Below are positions 14,099 through 28,878 of a DNA stretch of 64,000 nucleotides, piece after piece. Source of the DNA: Octopus vulgaris (taxonomy: Eukaryota). Every line of letters begins with the position of its first letter. Position 1 is the stretch's first letter. The notes under the pieces were generated by a model that was not told the DNA's origin, searched no databases, and saw only the letters and a list, made by a program, of their open reading frames with translations. The DNA lies in the NCBI GenBank assembly GCA_951406725.2, contig OX597827.1, positions 40,610,001 through 40,674,000 of the forward strand. The letters run 5' to 3'. The position numbers were made by a program, and so were the translations under genes.

Positions 14099-14564
14099 AC
14101 ATACATACATACATGCATGCATACATACAACATTAGACATACATAGGACTAGTGACATACATGCATGCATACATACAACATACATACATACATACATGCA
14201 TGCATGCATACATACATACATACATACATACATACATACATACATACATACATACATACATAGGACTAGTGAGTAACGGGGTATTGTCACCGGGGTAAGA
14301 TGTGCGAGTAAACTTGTTATTGATCTTCGGATAGGATTGAAGAGAAAAATCTTCCAGTATACGTGGTGGGGTGGGTAAGAGTGGGTGGGTGCATCGCGAA
14401 TAAGTGATCTTCGTGTTTCTTGGGATAGCAGAAAGGGAGAGAGAGAGAGGAGAGAGAGAGAAAGAGAGAGAAAGAGAGAGAGGGAGAGAAAGAGAGAGAG
14501 GGAGAGAAAGAGAGAGAGAATGAGGGAGAGGGAGAATGGGGGAAAGAAAGAGATAACATGGTGG

Positions 14565-14728
14565 TTATCTGGCAGAACCGTTAGCACGCCGGGTGAAATG
14601 CTTAGCGGTATTTTGTATGTCTTTACGTTCTGAGTTCAAATTCCTCGAAGTTCGACTTTGTTTTTCATCATTTCAGGGTCGATAAAATACGTACAAGTTG
14701 AACACTGGGGGTCGCTGTAATCAACTTA
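14565..14728 (+). mobile_element. SINE-A, diverged
   Basis: Homology to 6865-7027. Confidence 0.8.
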
Positions 14729-15354
14729 ACTACTCCTGGGTATGAGTATAAAAACTGCATCTCTCTGCCAAGCAATGTTGAACCAGTGTGGGAGGGTAGG
14801 CTCATCAAACCAGTATGATCTCAAGCTCAAATTCACAGCCTCTAAATAAAATGTGGTTGATGGAGAGAACACGCTGAGGTCTTCGTCCTGCAGTGAACTG
14901 AACATAGGCAATCCAATCCAGAAAGAGAGATATATATGGAAAAAAATCATGATGAAATAATGGAAAATGGCGCACGAAGTGAGTAATTAGACGTTCGTAA
15001 TAGGGTCCATAATTAAATGAATTTAGAGGGAAGAATGAATTAATGGAGAACATAACAAAGAAGGAAGAGAAGTTGGAGGCCTGCTTATCTGAATTTTTTT
15101 CATTATTGTAGCATACAGTGTACGACAGCGGCGCCAAGCAAGATAGAAGATAAAGAGATTGCGTGGGACATATTTATATAATAGGCGAAAGTTATAAAAT
15201 GGAAGCGCTCCTCGAGTGATCCATACATACAGACATAAATACACACACGCATACATTCATGCATACATACAGACAAACTTGCGTACATATATATATATAT
15301 ATACATATAAACAAACATATATGTGCACATACATACATCCTGTTGTATACTTAC

Positions 15355-15426
<72 letters not shown>

Positions 15427-15925
15427 AATTTATAGTCCCATTGATATAGGAGCAGCATTCCATTGTGAGTCCTACTTGAGCTTTGTAAAAGGTGAATAGC
15501 TGTTAGATTTGAAGTATTTTCTTGTCCTAAGGAGGAAGGCCAGTCTTTGTGAACAGAAAACGGTTTATAGGTAAGACAGGCAAAGATTAATATCGTTTGA
15601 AGCGCAACAGTTTTCCAAATGGACAGGAGATATCTATTTTGCACAACTAAAACAATATTGTTTTCAAAGAACGCTTTTTGTGTGAAAAAAATTTAAAAAA
15701 TCCCCGTTTACAACCATCTTACATTCTACTTAAAATAGCCAAACACTACATTAGATAACCAACGTAACGTCTCACATACTAATACACTTGTTCTCTTCTT
15801 TGACACTTTCCTGATAATCTCCTCCCTACATTTTGTTTATTATTATTATAATTATTAGTTACTATGGTGACAACAGTCTACCTACCTACCTACCTACCTA
15901 CCTACATGCCTGCCTGCCTGCCTGT

Positions 15926-15972
<47 letters not shown>

Positions 15973-15984
15973 CTTGCCTGTCTG

Positions 15985-16017
<33 letters not shown>

Positions 16018-16036
16018 TTATCTGTCTCTCTATCAA

Positions 16037-16093
<57 letters not shown>

Positions 16094-16129
16094 TTATCTC
16101 TCTCTCTATCAAACACACACACACACACA

Positions 16130-16170
<41 letters not shown>

Positions 16171-16306
16171 ATTGAATTTTTCTCTTAACCACAGCCATCT
16201 ATCATTATCGTGAAAGTTTTTATCTAAAGTATGTGTTGCGTTGTCTCAATGTTGAAAGACATACAGAAACACAGACACAGAGTGTTAGAGATAGATAGAG
16301 ATAAAG

Positions 16307-16358
<52 letters not shown>

Positions 16359-16360
16359 AA

Positions 16361-16588
<228 letters not shown>

Positions 16589-17186
16589 GACACTTGCAAA
16601 CACAAGCAACCAAAACCAAAATCTATATTGTTATGTAGAGACAGTCTTTTTCTTTTTTGAAGCTGAGTTGCGTTGTGTTAACACACTTGCACTTAAAATT
16701 TCCGTGTTCTTAATGAAAACTTGTAACTGCATGTCTGTCTGTGCATGTATGTTTGTATCTCCCTATTTATCTTTCACACACTCACACATACACGCTCTCT
16801 CTCCTTGTCACGCACTTTATTTCTCTCTTAACAACAAATTTCTCCCCCACTCTTCTAAAAATACATTGTGATATGTTCATCCTCCCATTCTTTCCCTCCA
16901 TATAATAGATGTTGTGACGGACAAACAGACAGAGATCCACTTCTCTTTTATAATATATAATTATAATAATTAACGGCAATACTATTCGTAATTGTTATAC
17001 AGTTAACGATGTATTATTCTTACACAAGGCATAGGCAGGGGATATGTTGAAAGAAATTCGCTTCCAACCGCACACCATTGGTTTGGGTTTCGGGTTCAGT
17101 TCTACTACGTGGCACGTTGAACAAGTGTCATCTGCTATATCTCCGGGCCAGCCAATTCCTTTTGAGCGAATTTGGTAAATGGAAAC

Positions 17187-17239
<53 letters not shown>

Positions 17240-17254
17240 GACCCAGTAAATAAG

Positions 17255-17734
<480 letters not shown>

Positions 17735-17794
17735 CACAGAGAGAGAGAAAGAGGGGGTCCCCCACACACACGCAGACACACACACACACACGCA

Positions 17795-17845
<51 letters not shown>

Positions 17846-18638
17846 CATATATCTATACATGTGGAACTGTATGCTTTGTGTATGTCCTCCACCGCCATTT
17901 GATAACCAGTGTTGTTGAGGTTTTTTTTATGCTCCCGTAACATAGCAGTTCGGCAAAAGACACCGACAGAATAAGAACCAGACCTTAAAAAGTAAGTACC
18001 GGGGTTTTATTCGTTCGACTGAACCCTTCCAAGGTGATGCTCCAGCATGGCTGCAGTCGAATGACTGAAATAAGTAAAACAATAAAAGATCCCCCATTTT
18101 ACATCTTGCGAAACCACTCCCGTTATACAATTACCATATAAGGACATAAAATTTTAAAGTATTTTTTGATTATATTTTCCGTTAAATATTTATCGATATT
18201 CTAATTATCCTGAGGCTAATCGTTTTTATTCAAATTAATTCTAGAATGTGTTAACACCATTCTAGACACATTAATACACGACGGCTAAATCCTCATATTT
18301 ATAATACACAAATTATATACGTATATGCATGCATGCATATATATATAGGGGTTTTTCTTTGTGTTAATTGTCTTGTACTCTATTTTTTTGCTGTTTTTAA
18401 ATAAATGTCCAGTTCCTTTGGTTTGTGTCTATGTTTTCGTCTCTTATTGTGTTCGACGTCCTTTTGGTGTCCTGTACTCATATATGCGTGTATATGTACA
18501 TGTAGAGGTAGGTACGTACATATATGTTTATATATATGCATATGTTTTATTTTATTTATTAATATATTATATATATATATATATATACGCACAATCACAC
18601 ATACACATACACACACACATACACACACACACACACAG

Positions 18639-18670
<32 letters not shown>

Positions 18671-19436
18671 CATGCATATTGAGCACTGTTACTGAAGGCA
18701 GATTTTTTCCAAGCTACTTCATTCTATCAACCCCAACGAGTGTGATGGTCGATGGTCTAACATATGTACTCGTAACTATAGCAACACAATCACACTCCAC
18801 ACGCGCGTACACGCGCGCGCGCACATACACACACGCACACATGCACACATGCACATATGCAAGCTACATGTGCGAATATAAACGATTTCAAGTGATGATG
18901 TTGCTAATAGATTTGAGTAAACATGCTTCACTGTCGCTACTGATAAGGCAGCTAATATTGCCAGAGATCCAACCGTCAACAGCTTACATCACTCCAAAGT
19001 CAGAGAGAGGGAGAGAGAGAGGGGGGAGGAGAGAGAAGGAAAGAAAGAGATAGAAAGAGAGAAAGAAAGAGGGAGAGGCGGAGAGACAGATTGCCATTAT
19101 AGTGCTGTAACACGCATAACAATCTTCCACAAACTCGATGTGAACCCAGAGTTCTATAACCACCGCAGTATGCACTAAAGAGCTAATGTAATACATCCAC
19201 ACTTTTGCACACACTCTCATCATGTCTGATGCCAAAGACTCGCGTTTATAAGCACTTAGTTTCTGCACTCATAAAGCAACATATGGGACAAACTTATGGC
19301 AGCAGTGTTTGGACTCAAATCAACTGATAGGCCACTTAACTTACAGAAGATCAGTACGCAAGCACCTCCTATCACTTTCACGCTGGACTCAGCTGTGAAA
19401 ACTGAACCATTAATATATATATATATATATATATAA

Positions 19437-19576
19437 CGTATTTTAACTTGTATAAAGAACCCCCTAATTTTGGAGGCTTAAAATTTGGAAAAAGGTTTTG
19501 TGAAGGATTATAATACTTCCATATTTTTAAACCTAATTTTTGACAATAAAGGTCTTCTTATACACGTTAAAATACG
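19437..19576. mobile_element. Short pogo/Tc2-like MITE
   Basis: TIRs cgtattttaacttgtataa / ttatacacgttaaaatacg. Confidence 0.6.
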
Positions 19577-19589
19577 CCACACACACACA

Positions 19590-19636
<47 letters not shown>

Positions 19637-19786
19637 GGCTGTCTATATGTGTATAGACAGCCGACAACTGATGAAGGGTCATTCTTTGTATTACTTGTCC
19701 TTTTTCTCTCTCGTTATTTGCGCATTTAGCTAATTTGTTTTCGTATTTCTTGTTGTTTACTGTTAGTGACGTCCTGTACCCATATA

Positions 19787-19849
<63 letters not shown>

Positions 19850-20276
19850 TATTATTTAATTCAACGCGACGAATCCATTTCCAAGTAAGTTTATTGTAAC
19901 CTTTTTGATGCAACTCTACACTGTTTTCTCTCCTATCCTCTCTAATTCCCTTTTTCTCCCTTTCATCGTTTTTCTCTCTGTTTCTCTCACTCTTCCCCTC
20001 TTTCTCGTTTCCTCTCTCTCGTTGCTCACATGTGACCATCGTCCATCTTTCTTTTCCTCAGGTAACCACCTTTCTTTCCAGCACGGACATTCTAAGGACT
20101 GGACGTCGCTTATCTCTCTCTCTTCTATCTTTTCTCTTTTCAAAGAAAATATTTCTTTCAACATTCACTATTTTCCCCTCGTTCAGGTCTGACGACACTC
20201 CACGTTTGTTTTCGTTCGGTTCTGTTTTTCTTCCTAACTTTTACCCTCCATATATCCAAAATTTTATTTTGGTATT

Positions 20277-20555
20277 TAGTGCGCTAATTTCGCATGAAAT
20301 TAATGTTCATCGATGATACCTACTCCATTGCTGTGGTGAAAAGTCACTTTTAGTGACGGTGATTTATTTCCTTCTTTGGTTTTAAATTGCGTCTAGCCAC
20401 CCTAATTATTTTACAAATTTCACATTACCGTTTTGCTGACTCAGCCATTGATTCCTATGGTAAATCCTATAAATACTGACAAGGGAAATTTGGCTTCACT
20501 ATCGGCAATGGAGTGTCATTGATGATCTGTAATTTCATGTGAAATTAGCGCGCTT
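20277..20555. mobile_element. MITE with ~25-bp TIRs, unclassified
   Basis: agtgcgctaatttcgcatgaaatta versus taatttcatgtgaaattagcgcgct. Confidence 0.65.
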
Positions 20556-20796
20556 ATCTGACTTCCTCGCTTGCTGTGGGGAATTTTATCTTCCTTGTTA
20601 GTACATAGAACATGTGCTTTGTTTGTGGTTAAAGAGTCTGTGACTCTCATTTCTAGCAATGTTGGTGCTCCCTGCACACTTAGTTCTTTTTAGTGACGAT
20701 GAATTATGTGTATGTGTGTATATATGCATGAATGTATGTATGTATGTATGTATGTATGTATGTATGTATGTATGTATGTATGTATGTATGTATGTA

Positions 20797-20832
<36 letters not shown>

Positions 20833-20893
20833 TGTATGTATGTACGTATGTATGTATGTATATATGGGTGCGCGTTACGTGTGTGTGTGTGTT

Positions 20894-21128
20894 GGCGCGT
20901 GGTTAGGTGATTAGAGTGTTGCACTCATGTTCGTATGAACGTGGTTTCGATTTCTGGACCGGGTCATGCATTGTATTCTTCAACAAGAAACTTCATTTCA
21001 CGTTGCTCCAGTCCACACAGCTGCCAAAAATGAGTAATCCTGGGACGGACTGAGGCCTCGTCCTAAAGTGAATATATACACCACAAACTCGAGGAAGCCG
21101 GCCTCATGGGCGTATGACTCGGGAAGGA
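20894..21128 (+). mobile_element. SINE-D head/centre with the alternative tail
   Basis: tRNA head, catttcacgttgctccagtccac centre, tail loosely similar to that of 13081-13200. Confidence 0.6.
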
Positions 21129-21319
21129 CTGACTTCTGATCATTTTTTTTAATGCATACATACATAAGGAGGCGAACACCTTTCTCTACGTGATCGGCTT
21201 GAAAAATTAAGACACCAAGATATTTTCCTATTTTTCTTAACATCAATTCAATAGTAGCCTTAATTCACAAAAAAAAAAATTATATTCACCAATGCACATT
21301 TTCATCGCTAGACATTTAC

Positions 21320-21368
<49 letters not shown>

Positions 21369-21480
21369 AAAAATATTAAAAAGGAGATGTGGAACACGAG
21401 TTGTGATATATAAAAAAGGAAATGAAGAAAATGCTGACAAAATAATTTAAGTAATTTAAGTAATTTAATTAGGTGAAAGT

Positions 21481-21524
21481 TCTTTTTACCGGTTGCGCAT
21501 TTGTTATGCTTATCAAAAAGAGAG
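21481..21524 (-). ncRNA. Hammerhead-like motif, U3-A8 variant (left arm)
   Basis: Reverse complement of the motif at 21544-21587. Confidence 0.55.
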
Positions 21525-21543
21525 ACAGATATGCCATCTCTAT

Positions 21544-21587
21544 CTCTCTTTTTGATAAGCATAACAAATGCGCAACCGGTAAAAAGA
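21544..21587 (+). ncRNA. Hammerhead-like motif, U3-A8 variant (right arm)
   Basis: tcttt-TTGATAA-gcat-aacaa-atgc-GCAA-ccgg-TA-aaaaga. Stem II gcat/atgc, palindromic stem III ACCGGT. Confidence 0.55.
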
Positions 21588-21649
21588 ACTTTCACCTAAT
21601 TAAATTACTTAAATTACTTAAATTGTTTTGTCAGCATTTTCTTCATTTC

Positions 21650-21713
<64 letters not shown>

Positions 21714-21740
21714 TTTATTTAAAGCAGCAGAAAATTCAAC

Positions 21741-21787
21741 AAAACTTATTACTCTGAGTTTCCCGTTGCCGTTCATCGTACAGTTTT
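21741..21787 (-). ncRNA. Decayed hammerhead, same family as 3921-3958
   Basis: Reverse complement aaaactgt-ACGATGA-acggcaacgg-GAAA-ctcagag-TA-ataagtttt; island 21711-21791 is flanked by (TA)n. Confidence 0.55.
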
Positions 21788-21790
21788 TGC

Positions 21791-21819
<29 letters not shown>

Positions 21820-21821
<2 letters not shown>

Positions 21822-22180
21822 TAAGACCCCTTCGGTTATGACTGGCCATGGGATTGCACATAGAAAGTTACCCTCTCAAGCACAAGTCCGGCAAGGTTGT
21901 TTATGGAAGACTAACAGTCGCCCATGCATGCCAGGCTCCCCTCTTCACGCTGTTATCCAAGGATGTTATCCACCGATGTTATCCAAGGGAAAGGAAAGGG
22001 CCGATACAGCTTGGTACGTGTGACGTCGCAACTCATTTCTACAGCCGAGTGAACTGGAGCAACGTGAAATAATAAAGTGTCTTGCTCAAGAACACAACAC
22101 GTAGCCCTGGTCCGGAATTCGAACTCACAACCTTATGATCGTAACCTTGACGCTCTAACCACTGAGCTATGCGCCTTCAC
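21820..22180 (-). mobile_element. SINE-D, full length
   Basis: Reverse-complement head ggcgcatagctcagtggttagagcg...gttcgaattcc; homologous to 48200-48530. Confidence 0.85.
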
Positions 22181-22200
22181 GTATATACATATACATACAT

Positions 22201-22253
<53 letters not shown>

Positions 22254-23318
22254 CACGTATATACGTATATACGTATACACACACACACACACACATATAT
22301 ATATACACGTATATACGTATATACGTATACACATACACATATATTTATGTATGTATGGAGTACCGCCTTAAAGGGTTTTAGTTGACGAAATTGACCCCAG
22401 GACTTATTCTTTGTAAGCCTAGTACTTATTCTATCGGTCTCTTTTACCTAACCGCCAAGTAACAGGGACATAAACACACTAACATCGGTTGTCAAGCAAC
22501 GATGGCGCTGCTTTCAGTTTCACTCTACCAAATTCACTTACGAGGCTTTGGTCAACTCCAGGTTTTATTAGAAGACATTTACCCAGTGTGCCCAGCAGGG
22601 AGACTGAAACCCGAACCTGTAGCGTGTGTAAGTGTGTGTGTGTGTGTGTGTGCGTGTGTGTGTGTGTGGGTGTGCGTGCGTGTGCGTGTGTGCGTGTGCG
22701 TGTGTGCATCGTTGTGACTGTGTTTATTTCCCCTTCGTCTCATCGCTTGACAACCGGTACTGGTTTGTTTACTTCCTCGTAACATTAGCGGTTCGGTAAA
22801 AGGGACTTATACCAGACGTACCATTCGACAAAACCCTTCAAAGCGGTGCCCCAGCATGGCCACAGTCCGATGACTGAAACAGGTAGCAGATACAACCTAC
22901 ATAGAACCAGGATTATATTATGCTTTTCTGTTTTCTCGTGGTGGGACGTAGTTTTTATTAGTGCGAACTGGCTGTTATTTTTAGCATATCGAGTGACTCA
23001 TACTGGTTCTATATGTTGTGCTTTTAAGTGCGTGTACTAAATATTATATTTGTCCTTCTCACCCGCGCTGCTGTTTCACCACGACTATGGTGGATTTGTG
23101 TAAAATAGAGAGAAGAATGTACAGGAAGAATAGAAGAGAGAGAGAAAAAAGAAGAAAACAAAGGGGGAAAAAAAGAAATAAAAAGGTGGACCAAAAATCA
23201 CGCACAAAATATGTTCAAAACACGTCGGAATTGTCAACGACACTTCATTTTTCTAATATTGAATAAAAGGGACTAAAATAATGGTGAATACACACGTATT
23301 TGTACATGATGAACAAAA

Positions 23319-23503
<185 letters not shown>

Positions 23504-23504
23504 C

Positions 23505-23885
23505 TCTTTTACTCTCTTTTTTTACTTGTTTCAGTCATTTGACAGCGGCCATGCTGGAGCACCGCCTTTAGTCGAGCAAATCGACCCCAGGGCTTATTCT
23601 TTGTAAGCCTAGTACTTATTTCTATCGCTAAGTTACGGGTTGTGAAGCTATGGGTGGGGTGAGGGGAGCAAACACAAAAACACATACATGCCTGTATGCA
23701 TTTATGCACGTGTATATATATATATATACATACGTACACATGACGGACTTCTATCTGCTTCCGTCTATTAAATCCACTCAACAAGGCTCTGGTCGGCCCG
23801 GGGCTACAGCAGAAGACACTTGCCCAAGATGTCACGGAATGTGACTGAACCCGGAACCATGTGGTTGGGAAGCAAGCTTCTTTCT
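23505..23885 (-). mobile_element. SINE-B
   Basis: Homology to 13686-14098. Confidence 0.85.
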
Positions 23886-24070
23886 AAACAAACACGTCTG
23901 TATGTGTTTATGTATGTAGGCATTTATATTTACATTCACACACGCGCACACTCATAATCATATGTTTATACATATATATATTTATATATATATATATATA
24001 TATATATTATACCGGAGGAGCTATTTCTAGCACTAGAGTTAACCTATATAAAGTTAACTCTCTTATATTT

Positions 24071-24204
<134 letters not shown>

Positions 24205-24304
24205 TATTATCTACACCAACTGTCTTTTGTTTTTTTTTTGTTTTTTGGGGGGGAGGGTGGTCAGTTGATTAGTCTTTTGTTTTTTTGTGAATTCTCCCTA
24301 TATA

Positions 24305-24341
<37 letters not shown>

Positions 24342-24485
24342 ATATATATATTATACACACACGCATTTATATATATGCATGTATATGTTTTTATAAAACA
24401 TATGTGCGTGTGTATATTTGTGTGAATGTGTAAATATAGATATACATACAAATATAGTGAGGTCGGTAGACAGACAAGCAGACAA

Positions 24486-24550
<65 letters not shown>

Positions 24551-24553
24551 CAG

Positions 24554-24686
24554 ATACAAAATACAGTGTACATTTAAACACATTAAAAGGTTTCTATCAG
24601 GACTCCCTTACGCTAGAAAGAACAGCGTAAGGGAGTCCTATGATGGATACCTCTAAATGTGTTTAAATGTACACTGTATTTTGTAT
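24554..24686. repeat. Imperfect palindrome within (GATA)n
   Basis: Outer arms atacaaaatacagtgtacatttaaacacatt and inner arms ggactcccttacgct are each matched by their reverse complements. Confidence 0.9.
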
Positions 24687-24803
24687 GAATAATATATAGT
24701 CTATTGACTAATTTTTCTATACGCTAGGCCACTGGTAGTAAAAATTTCTAAAATCTTTTTCACCCTGATATTATTAATCATAGATAGACAGACAGACAGA
24801 TAA

Positions 24804-24860
<57 letters not shown>

Positions 24861-24862
<2 letters not shown>

Positions 24863-24985
24863 TGTTTCTTTATTAGCCACACAGGGCTGCAGACAGACGG
24901 GACAGATTACAAAGTAGAGCTTTTCTTTTTTGGAGAGAGAGAAAAAAAAAGGTGGGGTAGGTTTTTAATCAAAAGGGATCTTTAA
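24861..24985 (-). mobile_element. (TCTA)n-tailed retroposon 3' end
   Basis: Reverse complement homologous to 25805-25950 and 56640-56776. Confidence 0.75.
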
Positions 24986-25729
24986 AAATAGGACCTTCGG
25001 GGCCCTAGGTAGGTATGGGTCTATGTGCTTAATAATGATGTATACGAATACGTTTCCTCGTGTAAGCTATCTCATATTTGTTTACGTATTGTTGTAACTG
25101 TGCCTAAGTATAACGCCATCAGCGTTATAGGTCCGTGAGTTATAGCAGCGTAGTGTTAAAGCAAGGTCCCAGTTTGATCATACCTAAAGAGGGTTCTGTG
25201 CAAGTATCAGTTATCGTTTATCTAGACTGCGGCCATGCTGGGGCATCGCCTTGGAGATGTTTTAATAGAAAAAACCGACCCCCAGAACTTTTCGTTGAAG
25301 TCTGGTACTGATTCTGTCGCACCACTTATGCTGAACTGCTAAGTTACGGGGACGTAAACACTCCAACACCGGTTGTCAAGATATTAGTATTTCAAGATAT
25401 TTTTATGTAATTTTGGTAAATATGTCTGTTAAAATAAGACGTCAGAATTATTTTCATTTTAGCGTAATTTAGACGACAATTTATTCACCGCACCCTGTAT
25501 GCCGGTTCGAGTCTATAGCAGAAGATACTTGCAGAAGGTGCCATGCAGTGGGACTGAACCCAGCACCACCATGTGGTTGGGAAGCAAGCTTTTTACTACA
25601 TAGCTACGCTTGCGCCCTGTATGAATATAAATACAACACTGGTGCCACGCAGACAGCCGAGGGAGAATGGAGTGGAAAAAGTTGCTTGTAGATACATAAA
25701 CACCCTTAACTGACGGAAGATCTATCTAT

Positions 25730-25803
<74 letters not shown>

Positions 25804-25804
25804 G

Positions 25805-26084
<280 letters not shown>

Positions 26085-26217
26085 ATAATGTTTATGCATG
26101 TGTTATGTTTATGTATTATGTACGCACGAATGTATGTGTACGTTTGAATATCACAGCGTCCCATAGACGAAACTAATGTAGTTTAGTTCGTCCGTAAAAA
26201 ATGTAAACATACACACA

Positions 26218-26272
<55 letters not shown>

Positions 26273-26684
26273 CCCGCATACACGAAGCATACACGCTGGT
26301 TGTCATAGATCTGTTGAGAAATAGCAGCCAAATCTTCCTGAAATCACCTCACTGTCTTGCATAAAGAAATAAAAGATTACATAATGTTGTCATCTGAGTT
26401 TCGTGCTCGATTAGAACTGACCCGGCGCCAAATATCATCATCATCATTTCTAACATCGTCCTTGTCATCATCATCATCATCAACAACACCAACACCAACA
26501 ACAGTAATATGCTGTAGAGACCCCCGCGTATAAGTAACGTATTTTTTTTTCACCTACCTTACCGCTCGGCTCTCTCTCTCATCTGTACTGTAACAATCAA
26601 CAGGTCCATCATACTGACTGTTGTTACTGACTGGCGGATGTCCGTGCCGGCGGCGGCGGCGGCGACGGCAGTCGAGAGAGAAAC

Positions 26685-27155
26685 CGTGGTGGTGGTGGTG
26701 GTGGTGGTGGTGGTGGTGGTGGAGGTGGTGTTGATCGTCGTCGTGGGTGTAGTGGTAATGGTGGCGGCGGTAGTGGCGTTGTTGTAAGCAATGGTTGTAA
26801 TGATAGTGAAAGCGTTTGGTTCTGTTGGTAGTGGTGGTGGTGGTTGGTGAAGGTGGGATTTAGTGGTTGTGATGTCAGTGGTGGTGGTGGTGGTGGTGGT
26901 GGTAGTAGTAGTGGAGGTAGTGAATAGTGGTGGTTGTGGCGGTTGTGGTAATGGTCATCGCCTTGGTGTTTGTAGTTCTGGTTGTTGTTGTGGTGGCGGC
27001 TGTGGAGGTGGTGGTTGTGGTAGCTGTGGAGGTGGTGGATCTGGTTGTTGTGGTAGTGGTGGTGGGGGTAGGATGGAGTGGCTGCGGAGGTGTTGGTTGT
27101 AGTGGTGGTGGTGGTGATAGTGGCGGCGGCAGTGGTGATGGTGATGGTGGTGGTA
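26685..27155. repeat. Degenerate (GGT)n low-complexity tract
   Basis: Direct inspection. Confidence 0.85.
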
Positions 27156-27336
27156 GAAGTGATGTTTTGCTTTATAACGTTGGTGTAATTAGTAACAGTT
27201 GTTATTCAACACCAGGTCTGCTCTGCTCTGATCGAGCTGACAGACCTACGATTGTCGTCGGTGTTCCGGCCATGTCCTCCATCCAGCTCGTCTTATTTTC
27301 AGACAGTTTATTATAGGACCACATTATTATGTAATG

Positions 27337-27611
27337 CAGTGATTCCCAAACATTTTCAGGCTGCAACCCCCTTGACACCCAGGCCACATTTCTAGCGCCC
27401 CATCCAACAAACCATCACAAACATAGATCTCTTTCTCAAACAAATTCAAAGCAAACTGTATTTAACAAATAAAACTTAACCCAATGAACACATTATTTTG
27501 TTGTTTTTACATGAATCGCTACCCCATTATCGCTCCACTTTTCTTCAATGAGCCCTTTGAAACTTTCCACAGCCCCCAGCGGGGCAATATCGTCCATTTT
27601 GAGAACCACTG
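27337..27611. mobile_element. hAT-type MITE
   Basis: TIRs cagtgattcccaaa / tttgagaaccactg; 8-bp TSD atgtaatg / atctaatg. Confidence 0.8.
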
Positions 27612-28292
27612 ATCTAATGTATAAAACGACAGGGTATGATTTTTGAAGGAGATATTAGCTGCTATTTCCAGCCGTCCTAGTTTTCTACGAATTGACTTGT
27701 TTTTGTTGATTGCTTTTGTTTATGTTGTTGTTGATGTTATTTTTATGTTGTTGAAGTTTTTGTTGTTGTTGATGTTTTTGTTATTTTTTATGTATACCTT
27801 ATGGTTGTTTTTGTTATTGTTGTTGCTTTTGTTGTGTTTGTGAATGTTGTCGAATTCCCACGCCAGGTCAGTCCTGACAACGTAAGAGTTGTATTCAAAA
27901 ATATGCCAACCGTGACCAGCCTGCCTTTACTATATATTTTCAGTCATACTGTAACCTCAGAATATATTTATTATCGATAATGTCCGTCTTTCCCTAAGAG
28001 TGTAATGCGTGGGTTTAGTGAAAGTTGACTGCTATTTCTAGCACCTCGAACGACTACATAGGGGCTCACTTGTGCTTTCATGTTGGTGTGGATTTTGGTA
28101 GTGGTACGTTATTGTCATACCTTATTGTTCGAGCTACAATTATAGTAGTAGTAGTAGTGGTATTTGTGGAGTTAGCTGTGGTAGATGTGCTAATAGTGGT
28201 CGTATGGTCTTAATGGGCGTGGTTGTAGTACTTGTAGTAGTAGAAGTACTTGTAGTAGTAGTAGCAGCAGCAGCAGCAGCAGTAGCAGCAGC

Positions 28293-28356
<64 letters not shown>

Positions 28357-28485
28357 ATTGTTGTTGTTATTGCTTAGCTCCGATCCAGCTGACATATGCA
28401 TAAGCAAAAACGTTCCATCCATGACGACCTCGCCTCTTTCTATATCAGGGACTATACTGTCCAATATATCTTTCAGACGGTAGGG

Positions 28486-28744
28486 CAGAGCTTCTCAACC
28501 AGGGTCCATATGATCTTTAGGAGTCAGTACAAGGATTTTGCTGCTAAAATTTATGTGCAATAAACTGGTTGTACTTCTACAATACAAAAAAAAATATTTT
28601 AACAATTCTTTTTAATCCAATTTCTAATAATATTTAATTATGAAAATATAATTATAGGATTTCTTTTTAATATGGGGGAAGGGGCAGCAGAGTAAAATAG
28701 GAATCAAAGGGGTTCACAGGCCAAAAACTGGTTGGGAACCACGG
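28486..28744. mobile_element. hAT-type MITE
   Basis: TIRs cagagcttctcaaccag / ctggttgggaaccacgg; 8-bp TSD cggtaggg / cggtaagg. Confidence 0.75.
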
Positions 28745-28835
28745 CGGTAAGGTTTTGTGAGCTCAGGATGATTCATATGCTATTTCTAATAGGCCCAGTG
28801 ACTAAGATACTAACGGCTCTCTCGATGGCTTGCAA

Positions 28836-28878
<43 letters not shown>

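Larger units (their letters stand above)
21415..21653. repeat. Long palindrome (~110-bp arms, one mismatch) between (TA)n arrays
   Basis: 21415-21524 is the reverse complement of 21544-21653. Confidence 0.95.

Noticed and set aside
15440-15650. Non-repetitive minus-strand open frame (QNRYLLSIWKTVALQ...)
   Set aside because: No recognisable domain or convincing splice sites; length is within chance.
19665-19790. CTGATGA after a hairpin in a TA-flanked island (related to 18348-18485)
   Set aside because: No GAAA or stem III partner found, so it cannot be called a ribozyme.
22100-22180. tRNA gene-like sequence (also the heads of SINE-A, -B and -C)
   Set aside because: A/B boxes are present but continue into multi-copy SINE bodies; no complete cloverleaf.
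26863-27316. Gly/Cys-rich keratin-associated-like ORFs
   Set aside because: Degenerate (GGT)n low complexity; no splice or homology support.
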